A DNA stretch of 64,000 bases from Candidatus Xenobia bacterium (GTDB lineage: Bacteria > Vulcanimicrobiota > Xenobia > Xenobiales > QWHO01). This document shows positions 39,118 to 47,003 of this stretch, piece after piece. The first letter of the stretch is position 1. Each line of letters begins with the position of its first letter. The notes under the pieces were generated by a model. It saw nothing but the letters and a program-made list of their open reading frames with translations. It was not told the origin of the DNA and did not search any database. The stretch spans positions 32,001 to 96,000 of the forward strand of contig BTUM01000017.1 of NCBI GenBank assembly GCA_045863235.1. The letters run 5' to 3'. The translations under genes were made by a program, and so were the position numbers.

Positions 39118-39559
39118 CAGACTGCACGTCCACTTGAATCTTGGCGCTCACTTTGGGGTGCAGCTTGATCGTTACCGTATAGGTGCCCAGTTTCTTGATG
39201 GGGTCGGCCAGTTGCACCTTGCGCTTGTCAAAGCTCATCCCGGTGGACTTGGAGAGGGCAGTAGCAACGTCCGCAGCGGTCACCGAGCCGAACAGACGGC
39301 CCCCCTCGCCCACTTTGACCTTGACGGGAAACGGTTTTGCTTTGAGCTGCTCGGCCAGCTCCGCGGCCTTCTCTTGCTCGCGCTGGGCCCGGGCAGCCTG
39401 ATCAGCCTTCTCTTTGTCGATCAGGCGCAGATGGCCCTCGGTGGCAGCTTCGGCCAGCTTGCGCGGAAGCAGGAAATTGCGGGCGTAGCCGTCGGCTACT
39501 TCGACCACGGCGCCCTTCTTGCCAAGGTTCTTCACATCCTGAAGCAGGATCATCTTCAC
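39110..39559 (-). CDS. rplI: 50S ribosomal protein L9
   Basis: MKMILLQDVKNLGKKG..VEVADGYARNFLLP, LFGSVT, IKKLG. Confidence 0.98.
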   Translation of the reverse strand: MKMILLQDVKNLGKKGAVVEVADGYARNFLLPRKLAEAATEGHLRLIDKEKADQAARAQREQEKAAELAEQLKAKPFPVKVKVGEGGRLFGSVTAADVATALSKSTGMSFDKRKVQLADPIKKLGTYTVTIKLHPKVSAKIQVDVQSDG

Positions 39560-39730
39560 TGCCGTGCATCCTCCGGGGTCGAGAGCTCTCTGTCATGCGC
39601 AGAATCGTCGATCGAGCCGCTAGCTCCTGCAACAGCTGCGGCCACCTTGGAGAAAGCTCCCTCTGACCAGTGGTCCAAGCAGAGGCCGGCCCTCGAAATG
39701 AAGGCCGGCCCTGCACGCTTTTCTCCCGAT

Positions 39731-40198
39731 TTAGAAGGGGACGTCGTCCATGCCGATGTCGTCGTGGTTGAACCCGCCGCTATCCTTCTCTTGAGACCAG
39801 TTGCCGCCGGCTCCAGCGCCAACCTTGACTTCCTCTCGCTCGCGCTCGCGCACCTGGGGTGGCGGACCGCCACCCTCGCGCGGGCTGAGCATCTGCATGT
39901 CGTCGGCCTGAATCTCAAAGTCCTTGCGCTTCTGGCCGTCCTGGGTCTCGTAGGTGCGGGTACGCAGAGCACCCGTGATGCAGACCAGCTTGCCCTTCTG
40001 CAAGTATTCATTACAGATCTCGGCCAGGCGACGCCAGGCCACGATGTTGATGAAGTCGGTTTCCTTTTCGTTATTGGGACCCTTGGGGCGGTCGACGGCC
40101 AGCGCGAACTTGGCCAGCGGAGTGCCCTGCGGGGTGTATCGGAGCTCAGGCTGCGCCACCACGCGGCCGATCAGGATGACTTTATTGAGGGAAGACAA
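39731..40198 (-). CDS. ssb: Single-stranded DNA-binding protein
   Basis: LNKVILIGR...ELRYTPQG, ETDFINIVAW, C-terminal DDVPF; TTG start after AAAGGTGG. Confidence 0.97.
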   Translation of the reverse strand: MSSLNKVILIGRVVAQPELRYTPQGTPLAKFALAVDRPKGPNNEKETDFINIVAWRRLAEICNEYLQKGKLVCITGALRTRTYETQDGQKRKDFEIQADDMQMLSPREGGGPPPQVREREREEVKVGAGAGGNWSQEKDSGGFNHDDIGMDDVPF

Positions 40199-40442
40199 GG
40201 AAAGTCCACCTTTCTGGTTTGCCCATCCTGCCTTATGAGGACGGGCGATTCGGCCGATCTGGTCGATCGGCTCGGCCTTGACCGGCCAAGCTTCCAGGCC
40301 CGCCGAGACGACAGAGCCCTCACGAAGCTCTGCCGCGTCCGCGGTCCTCGAATGCTCGAGGGTTAAGTTCCCGGTCGTCAAGCGGACACTCCGCTCGTTC
40401 TCGCTCTGGCGCCGCCGACCGGAAACGGCCCGCCAGGAAGGC

Positions 40443-40733
40443 TCAATTGGCCTTCATCAGGATGAACAGGGCGCGCAGCACCTCGTCGCTCAGCCGCATG
40501 ACGCGGCGGAGCTCGGCGGCGGTGTCGCTGCCTGCGTGGAACCTCATGGTCACGTAAATGCCCTCCTGGCGCCCCTTCAGCTCGTAAGCCAGGCGGCGTT
40601 TGCCCCAGGTGTTCACGTCTACCACTTCGCCACCCATACCCTTGACGTTCTGGGCATACTTCTCCGTCAGCCCGCTGACGGCTTCGTCTCCCAGAGCCGG
40701 GTCGAGAATATAGGTCACCTCATAGTCCCGCAT
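40443..40733 (-). CDS. rpsF: 30S ribosomal protein S6
   Basis: MRDYEVTYILDP, WGKRRLAYE, EGIY, ELRR...VLR; GGAGGA SD 7 nt upstream. Confidence 0.98.
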   Translation of the reverse strand: MRDYEVTYILDPALGDEAVSGLTEKYAQNVKGMGGEVVDVNTWGKRRLAYELKGRQEGIYVTMRFHAGSDTAAELRRVMRLSDEVLRALFILMKAN

Positions 40734-40740
40734 GTTCACA

Positions 40741-40814
40741 TCCTCCTTCCTCTGGACACTCGGCTCCTCAGGCGAGCAAAGAAACTTCGCACGCCCCTTG
40801 GGAGCAGGAAGGAA
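40741..40814 (-). promoter_or_regulatory. S6:S18 ribosomal protein leader (rpsF autoregulatory RNA)
   Basis: On the minus strand TCCTTCCT pairs with AGGAAGGA (covering the SD), GCTCC pairs with GGAGC, and the conserved CCG follows immediately. Confidence 0.7.
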
Positions 40815-40970
40815 TTCCGCGCCCGAGACGGGCCAGCGGAATCACCGTGGCTGGTGGCTTTCGAACAGAAACGATCTCCAGGTTTCCGTTTCCGCTCTGC
40901 TCAATCGGGCGCTCCCCGCTCGAACTGGAGGCCACCGCCTATCTTCTGCACGTTGACGGAAGATTGGGCG

Positions 40971-40999
40971 ATTATAGCACCCGCCTCAGACGGGCGCAA
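40971..40999 (-). promoter_or_regulatory. Sigma-70 promoter of the rpsF operon
   Basis: TTGCGC-N17-TATAAT with extended TG. Confidence 0.75.
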
Positions 41000-41212
41000 C
41001 CACGGAAGGTTGTTCGACTCTTGAGGGGTTTTCTTCAAGTCTCCCCCCTCTCCTCTCGAACGGATATTCTAAAGTTCGCCCCATGAACCATGCCAGGGGA
41101 CGTATGTTTCGAGCCATGTTTGAAACATAACCAAGCACGAGAGAAGACGACGAAGTTCAGCTGTGGTCGAACGCTCCTGTCGCTGCTGACTGATGCAACC
41201 TCGGCGCTCTTT

Positions 41213-41232
41213 CCAAAGTGCGAGCACATTAG
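41213..41232 (-). repeat. Repeat family D copy (CTAATGTGCTCGCACTTTGG)
   Basis: 18/18 with 49346-49363 and 19/20 with 55739-55758. Confidence 0.8.
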
Positions 41233-41242
41233 CCAGGCAGAC

Positions 41243-42295
41243 TCAGGGGCGGACGGCTCGATAGCCTTCCAGGTAGCCAGCGCGGAAGCCCGCCAGACCG
41301 CCCACCAGTCCGCCCCCCACGAAGTCGCGATTCTTGTTGGCGATCGACTCGCCCAGGTCGGGAGCCTGCTGATGCACGGTGGAAACCTGATCGCGAATCC
41401 GATCGGCCATGCGGGATGCTCCTCGATAGGCGACCAGGGCGCCCACGGCCAGACCGGCCCCGGCTCCGACCCCAAGGGCGACCGAGCCACCCACCAGAGA
41501 GCCCAGATAGGCGCCGATCCCGGCCGTACCCAAGGTGGAGACCGTGGCGATCAACCGGGGGCTCCAGTGCCCCGGGCTTCCCAGGGCCTCGGCCAGGCCC
41601 TGTGCCAGACCCGGAGGCACCATCAACAGGCCGGTTGCGATGCCGACTGCCGCGCCCACGAGCGATGGCTTGCGAGGAGCGCTCTCCAGCCTCTCATACT
41701 GGCCGCGCAAGACGGCCCCGGCATGGTCCCAGGCCTGCAAGATTCCAGCCGCATAGCCCTGTCCCTCACGCCAACCCACGCGGGCGCCGTCCATCACGGC
41801 CACCTTGACGCCTGTCGCGGCTCCCCTGGCCGCCCCTGCCCAGCCGGACTTTTGTGGGTCAAGCTGGGCTGCCAACCGGCCCGCCAGAGCCTCGGAACTG
41901 CCCCCCCGGCTGACCATGGCCACGGTCACGCCACCCACCAGACCCTTGGTCAGAAAGGCATCGACGAACCCGGCCATCCCCCCGCTCGAGTTCAGGGCCA
42001 AACCCAGCCCGAGGCTGGCCTGCAAGCCGTTGGTGATATCCAGGGCCAGGCCGATCTTCTTGTCGCTGGCGCTCGGGTCGGCGCCCTTGAGGGCCCCACC
42101 CACCACACAGGGCAAGAGAGCTCCGGGAATCTTGGTGGCAGCGCCCAGGAAGCCACCGATCCCCTCGACGATCTTGCGGCCGGTGCTCGCTGTGCCGATC
42201 TCGCGGGGAATCTCCCGGGGAACCGATTGCTCGACCGGGGCCGGAGACGCTGGCCGGGGTCGAGTCAGGGGCAAGGTCAGGGCAGCCAGGTGCAT
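41243..42295 (-). CDS. Gly/Ala-rich glycine-zipper membrane protein with internal duplication
   Basis: TGATG coupling to the upstream acyltransferase; Pro-rich N-terminus; many GxxxG/AxxxG hydrophobic segments. Confidence 0.8.
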   Translation of the reverse strand: MHLAALTLPLTRPRPASPAPVEQSVPREIPREIGTASTGRKIVEGIGGFLGAATKIPGALLPCVVGGALKGADPSASDKKIGLALDITNGLQASLGLGLALNSSGGMAGFVDAFLTKGLVGGVTVAMVSRGGSSEALAGRLAAQLDPQKSGWAGAARGAATGVKVAVMDGARVGWREGQGYAAGILQAWDHAGAVLRGQYERLESAPRKPSLVGAAVGIATGLLMVPPGLAQGLAEALGSPGHWSPRLIATVSTLGTAGIGAYLGSLVGGSVALGVGAGAGLAVGALVAYRGASRMADRIRDQVSTVHQQAPDLGESIANKNRDFVGGGLVGGLAGFRAGYLEGYRAVRP

Positions 42296-43488
42296 CAGGA
42301 GTTTCCTGCCGGTGGCTGAGCCAGCGTTTCCACCACTTTGCCCCGAAACTTCTCGCGCGTGTCATCGTAGGGCACGCCACTCAGCTGCGAGGTCACGGCC
42401 CCGAGCTGGCGATGGATCTCGACGGTCAATGCGTTGGTTCCCTCGCGAATGGAACGATTGCGGAACTCGGCTGTCTTGATCGGCTTTCCAATCACGACGC
42501 GAGCGATGTCTCGATCGCGCCACCCTTTCACGATGCCATAGGTGGCCAGGGCCCCGGTGAAGCCGGTCACTCCGGCCACGACTCCGGCAGCCTCCGGGAA
42601 GAGGGCGGCAGAGAATCCTCCCACGGCAGCCCCGGCAGCCGCCCCCAGACTTCCCGCGTTGAGCATCGCGAAGTATTTCGGGAAGGGGTCGAACCACTCG
42701 GGATTGTCTGTGCGGTCGTAGATCATTTTTCCGGCCGCGTAGGCGCCCGTGAGAGCCCCCGCCAGGGTAGCGACTGCAATGCGAGCCGGATATCCGCCGA
42801 TGGCTCCGGCCGCAAGGCCGGAGGCGGCCACTCCGACTGCGGCCAGAGCACCGACCAGCGTCTCACCCGTGCGCTTCTTATCGTCCTGGATGTAGCGGAT
42901 CCCGATCGGTACGACCGATTCGGCCCCGCCGCGTAAAGCAAAATAGGCCGCCCCCTTCTTCAGGGGACCGACGTGCCCGTCTTTCTGGGGGTCGGCGATC
43001 CCGCCCTCGGGAAAAATACACAGTCCATGGCCCGCCTTGAGAGTATCCACGCAGTGACGCATCGTCTTGATGTTGGGCTGCTCGCGATTGAGAGGGAACG
43101 CGCCCCCCCAGGTCATCATCTTGCCGCGGAAGCCATCGAATACGTAGACATTGGCCAGATAGCGCATCTGGCGAGGGGTCAGGGCGGCCACCAGGGGTGG
43201 GTCGAACATGCTGGGGTGAGCCGGAGCATAGACATGCGCCCCGGTGTGAGGCATGTTCTCCTCGCCCTCGACTTCCAAACGGAAGCACCCGGCGATCAGG
43301 GCCTTGTTCAGAGTGCGGCACAAAGTTTGAAAACGCGGGTGCGAAAGCCCGTCGTCCGGGCCCGTATAGCCTGGCACATAATGCCCAAAGCTCCTGGTTT
43401 GCTCGACCTCAGGCTCCTGGCCCCGGTTGGAGGAAGCGTCTGCCCTGGCAGGCAGGCGCGCCGGGAGAACAGATGCATGGACTTGCAT
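42295..43488 (-). CDS. Lysophospholipid (PlsC-like) acyltransferase with glycine-zipper insertion, paralog 1
   Basis: HPSMFD, GAFPLNR, IFPEGG, LKKGAA, VVPIGIRY; GGAG SD before ATG 43488. Confidence 0.88.
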   Translation of the reverse strand: MQVHASVLPARLPARADASSNRGQEPEVEQTRSFGHYVPGYTGPDDGLSHPRFQTLCRTLNKALIAGCFRLEVEGEENMPHTGAHVYAPAHPSMFDPPLVAALTPRQMRYLANVYVFDGFRGKMMTWGGAFPLNREQPNIKTMRHCVDTLKAGHGLCIFPEGGIADPQKDGHVGPLKKGAAYFALRGGAESVVPIGIRYIQDDKKRTGETLVGALAAVGVAASGLAAGAIGGYPARIAVATLAGALTGAYAAGKMIYDRTDNPEWFDPFPKYFAMLNAGSLGAAAGAAVGGFSAALFPEAAGVVAGVTGFTGALATYGIVKGWRDRDIARVVIGKPIKTAEFRNRSIREGTNALTVEIHRQLGAVTSQLSGVPYDDTREKFRGKVVETLAQPPAGNS

Positions 43489-43538
43489 GACAACTCCAGA
43501 ATCAGTTTGTGGATTTTGACTCACCCTGCCACGGGTCG

Positions 43539-43555
43539 CTCAAAGAACTCTGAAA
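43539..43555 (-). promoter_or_regulatory. 11-bp-phased direct-repeat box (TTTCAG-N5-TTTGAG)
   Basis: Matches boxes at 49217, 50562, 51862 and 56432; the 34-bp block 43522-43555 is 26/34 identical to 49200-49233. Confidence 0.6.
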
Positions 43556-43573
43556 GCCCTCCCTGGAGCGGTT

Positions 43574-43607
43574 TTTAAACTTTCTGTCAGGCTGCGAGCG
43601 CTAGAAT
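43574..43607 (+). promoter_or_regulatory. Direct-repeat box plus -10 (TTTAAA-N5-TGTCAG-N11-TAGAAT); probably a leaderless transcript
   Basis: TAGAAT ends 5 nt before ATG 43613 and there is no SD. Confidence 0.55.
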
Positions 43608-43612
43608 GTCGT

Positions 43613-44761
43613 ATGCAACTACAGCCGTTCACACTGTGCGCGCCGGGGGGTTATAGCGCTGTTCGACCCACCGCCGCTGCGAGCTCCGATCGGCTGCCCG
43701 AGGACCTCTATGTCTCAGGCAACCAGGTCAGCGTGCGCAACTCAGCCGCCCTGGCCCGCACGCTGGTGCCTCCTGGCCTATCACAGTCGCGCATCGACCA
43801 CATCTGCTCGCAGACCAATCCGGTGCTGCGCAACCTGCAAATCACCGATTACTACCACGACGTGGCTGTCGCACTGCGCGACATGATCGGGCCGCAAGGA
43901 GGCAATAACTGGCCAGCCTGGGCGTGCTGGGCCTCCAAGCACGTGGGCGAGCACATCCGCAGAGAAGATCTTCCCTTCCTGCGGGGTACCTGCAAGGTCA
44001 CCGCCACTCTGGCTCATTACCTGCTGCCACCGGGCTTACGCAATATCATCTGGGGACCCAACGACGCGATGAATCGCGCTCACGAAGCCATCGCCTCGGC
44101 AAACAAAGCCATCTTCGAACGGACCACTCCCCACTTTACCCGTTTCGTCTCAACCTTCTCCGGCGACAAGGAGCTGGATGAGGCCAAATGGACGAAGTTT
44201 GCCAGCCATTTCCGCCCGGGCACTTATGAGGAAGGCGGCGAGGAGATGCTCTGGAAAGGCTTTCGCAGCTACTACGAAGCCATGTTTGAGCCCGATCCAA
44301 AGAAGAAGGCTGAGCTGGTGCTTCTGGGCAACACCCATGTCGTTTACGATGAGCAGATGCATGCTCACGAGGAGATCAACGAAGCACTTCCGTGGTATGC
44401 CGGCCGCCCGGTCACCTCGATGTCTCTTTACCTGGATACCCCGACTGAAACGCTCCGATTGGGCAAGGACTTGCCGGTCCGGCCTGACGGCAAGCTCTTC
44501 CCTCCTCTCCTGGAGTCCTTGGAGAACCCCGATCTGAAAGAGGCTTTCCAGGCATTCAGTCGAGCCAACGGCCTCAACGTCGCGGAGGGAACCCTCGAGG
44601 GATCTCGCTGCGTGGATTATCGCAGTTTAGACGAGCGCATGAACCTGATCGTGAATGTCTTCCGCACCCGCCACGACGACGCCAGCTTGTTCCAGGCCCC
44701 CTTCAACCCCGAGCAGACCCACCTGATTCACAACGGCCAGGTGCCGAAGGGCCACCTCTGA
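43613..44761 (+). CDS. Conserved hypothetical helical protein (possibly DUF2515-related) with low-complexity N-terminal extension
   Basis: RNLQITDYYH, NWPAWACWASKHVG..IR, DEQ, ERMNLIVNVFR; no signal peptide. Confidence 0.8.
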   Translation: MQLQPFTLCAPGGYSAVRPTAAASSDRLPEDLYVSGNQVSVRNSAALARTLVPPGLSQSRIDHICSQTNPVLRNLQITDYYHDVAVALRDMIGPQGGNNWPAWACWASKHVGEHIRREDLPFLRGTCKVTATLAHYLLPPGLRNIIWGPNDAMNRAHEAIASANKAIFERTTPHFTRFVSTFSGDKELDEAKWTKFASHFRPGTYEEGGEEMLWKGFRSYYEAMFEPDPKKKAELVLLGNTHVVYDEQMHAHEEINEALPWYAGRPVTSMSLYLDTPTETLRLGKDLPVRPDGKLFPPLLESLENPDLKEAFQAFSRANGLNVAEGTLEGSRCVDYRSLDERMNLIVNVFRTRHDDASLFQAPFNPEQTHLIHNGQVPKGHL

Positions 44762-45296
44762 TCAACCTAAGTTTCCCTGCCGGCCAGCGCTGAGCAAGCC
44801 AACGTTCCAGTTCGAGCGGGCAGGCCTCGGGTTTGCCATCCACCTCGAGCCACAACCACGGGCCGACCTCTCCCGCCAACCGATCGGCCAGCCCCTCGAG
44901 CCCGTCGAAAGGGTAGCAAGGAACACCCTCCACGACCTCCTCCCCGACGGCCGCCCACATCTCGGCCGGCTCGAGCAGCGCAGGCCCGCCTCTGATCACT
45001 TCGATGCGGGGGACGTCGTTGCGGGTCTTGAAGCCCTCCAGCAGCACGAGATCGGCCGCCGGCCACTCGGCCTCGAGCCCGAACCAGGTATGTCCGCCAG
45101 GTCCGCAGATCCCAACCGGCCACGCGCCCGCCCGACGCAGACGATCGGTGTCGCTCCCCTCGCGATCAGCCCAGAGCTCGTGGTGTGTATGCTTGAGGAC
45201 AGCCACCTGAAGACCTCGAGCGCGCAACAGGGGAACCAGGCGCTCTAACACCCAGGTCTTGCCGACCCCCGAGCGGCCCACGAAGGCCACGATCAA
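44703..45296 (-). CDS. mobB: Molybdopterin-guanine dinucleotide biosynthesis protein B
   Basis: IVAFVGRSGVGKT, VAVLKHTHH, DREGSDTDRL..AGA, DLVLLEGFK, PRIEV; TTGA overlap with the upstream gene. Confidence 0.85.
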   Translation of the reverse strand: MIVAFVGRSGVGKTWVLERLVPLLRARGLQVAVLKHTHHELWADREGSDTDRLRRAGAWPVGICGPGGHTWFGLEAEWPAADLVLLEGFKTRNDVPRIEVIRGGPALLEPAEMWAAVGEEVVEGVPCYPFDGLEGLADRLAGEVGPWLWLEVDGKPEACPLELERWLAQRWPAGKLRLIRGGPSAPGRCESGGSARG

Positions 45297-46777
45297 CGGA
45301 TGCTGACCGGCGTTCCCAACTGGATGCGAGAGTAAAGTTCTTCGACGTCCTCGACATACATCCGGATGCACCCGTGCGAAGCCCGCGAGCCGATGGAGCC
45401 TGCATCATTGGTACCGTGGATCCCGACCACGCCGGAATTCAAGCCAATCCAGCGGGTACCCAGGGGGTTGTTGGGTCCCGGGGCGATGGGTTGAGCTTCG
45501 CGAGCCCAGGCCGAGTCGGGCGGTAACCAGGTCGGGTCGACCACCATATCGGCCACATGGAACTCTCCCTTCGGGGTCGGGTAAGCGGCCTGCCCGTGGG
45601 CTATGGGATAAGACTTGATCTTCCGCCCATTCTCAGTCAGCTCGAGCACGAAGTCGTTCAGATAGACCACGATGCGCGGCCCGAGCTCGGCCAGAGTCGC
45701 CGCGCCGACCTTGCCGTCCGGCTCCAAGCCCTGCTCGTGCTGAAAGGCGCTCACGGCCTCGCAGGTAGCCTGGTCGAACAGGCCGGTGATCTCCTCCTTG
45801 TGCAGCAGGCCGCGAGCCACGAGCTTCTTCTGTAACTGCTTCACGTCTGCCCCGCGTGCTCCCACCGTCAGCGTGTGCAGACCCAGGGCTTCAGTGGAGT
45901 CGACGATGAACCACCATTTCTGCTCGGCGCTCCAGCCGGCTTTATCCCGCGCGGTCAGGACCACTTCCCGGCGGCCCTCGCTCATCAGGCCGGTGGCGAA
46001 GGCCAGGTTGCCACTGGCGTCGGAGGCGGGACGACGCTCGAGCTCCTGGCCGTCCAGGGTGACCCGAACAGATTCCAGCCCGCTGTCCGGGTCGGAGGCA
46101 CTCACAAAGAGAAGCCCACCGTTCTTCCCGATCACGGCCGAAGGTGCGGGCGTGACCGCCCCGGCCAGCGGTGGATGCTGGTCGCAGATCAAGCTCTTCT
46201 CGAGAACGGTCTGGTTGCCGGCCAGATCGGCCGCGGTCAAGACCAGGGCATTGATCCCGTCCTTGAGCTGGAGGTCGGCCACGAAATTGCCCTGCTCGTC
46301 GACCACGGCACCCACCTCTTGCTCACCCAGGCGCACCACCAGCCGGGCTCCCGGCTCGGTCTGACCGGTCAGGTGCAGGGCAGCCTCGGGCACAATCGAG
46401 GGGGTGCTGAGCGTCAGGGAGGGAGCTTCGCTGTCCAGTCGCACCGTCCAGACCTTCTCCACGAAACGCACCGGAATGAGCGGAAACAACTTGATCCGCA
46501 CCTGGTTCGGACCCTCTTGGAGTTGGGCTGGCCGGCCCGACTCGATGGTCGCCTGCCCCCAGAGGATGCGGGGAGGCAGCAACCGGTCGTTGACTCGAAT
46601 CTCGGCCCGCGAGGGAATGCCAAAAAAGCCGACTCGAATCACGGCATCGCTCTGGTGGGTTACAGAGCGGGGCTCGAGCCCTCCCAGGCGCAAAGTGAGA
46701 AGACCCAGACACGACTCCAACGCAATCAGCGCCAGAACCAGGACCAGGACCAGTATTTTCGCTCCCAGATGCTTCAT
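45293..46777 (-). CDS. L,D-transpeptidase (YkuD) with Ig-like and peptidoglycan-binding domains
   Basis: N-terminal TM/signal; GARGADVKQLQ..FQ...GL..DGKVG; NPLGTRWIGL, GIHGTN...IG..ASHGCIRM. Confidence 0.93.
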   Translation of the reverse strand: MKHLGAKILVLVLVLALIALESCLGLLTLRLGGLEPRSVTHQSDAVIRVGFFGIPSRAEIRVNDRLLPPRILWGQATIESGRPAQLQEGPNQVRIKLFPLIPVRFVEKVWTVRLDSEAPSLTLSTPSIVPEAALHLTGQTEPGARLVVRLGEQEVGAVVDEQGNFVADLQLKDGINALVLTAADLAGNQTVLEKSLICDQHPPLAGAVTPAPSAVIGKNGGLLFVSASDPDSGLESVRVTLDGQELERRPASDASGNLAFATGLMSEGRREVVLTARDKAGWSAEQKWWFIVDSTEALGLHTLTVGARGADVKQLQKKLVARGLLHKEEITGLFDQATCEAVSAFQHEQGLEPDGKVGAATLAELGPRIVVYLNDFVLELTENGRKIKSYPIAHGQAAYPTPKGEFHVADMVVDPTWLPPDSAWAREAQPIAPGPNNPLGTRWIGLNSGVVGIHGTNDAGSIGSRASHGCIRMYVEDVEELYSRIQLGTPVSIR

Positions 46778-46790
46778 CGTCGTGCTATGG

Positions 46791-46819
46791 GCTGTACCCT
46801 CATCCGTCCAGGATGTCAA
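46791..46819 (-). promoter_or_regulatory. Sigma-70 promoter for the L,D-transpeptidase-mobB operon
   Basis: TTGACA-N17-TACAGC. Confidence 0.55.
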
Positions 46820-46838
46820 GAAAATTTTCGCTCCGCCC

Positions 46839-46918
46839 AGGAGCGCAGCCGGAAACCCCCTTGACACGGTTTCTCCGGCTGCGAGACGCCAAACATATTG
46901 TGCTAGAAGTCCGGCCGC
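46839..46918 (+). repeat. Repeat family A copy
   Basis: CGCAGCCGGA..TTGACA..TCCGGCTGCG hairpin followed by GACGCC..CATATTGTGCTAGAAGTCCGGCCGC; aligns with 57172-57246. Confidence 0.88.
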
Positions 46919-47003
46919 GCAGGTCTGTTCGATTGTAGCATATCTGCGAAAGATATTCACCAACCTATCCAGGAGAGCAAGATATTTCGGGGAATGGAGG
47001 TCC

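Noticed and set aside
40199..40381. 61-aa N-terminal extension of SSB, or a hidden rpsR
   Set aside because: A good SD precedes TTG 40198, the extension has no SSB- or S18-like sequence, and the region is better explained as structured RNA.
46861..46909. TTGACA with TATTGT or TAGAAG as a sigma-70 promoter
   Set aside because: Spacing is 29 bp or more rather than 16-18; treated as part of repeat family A.
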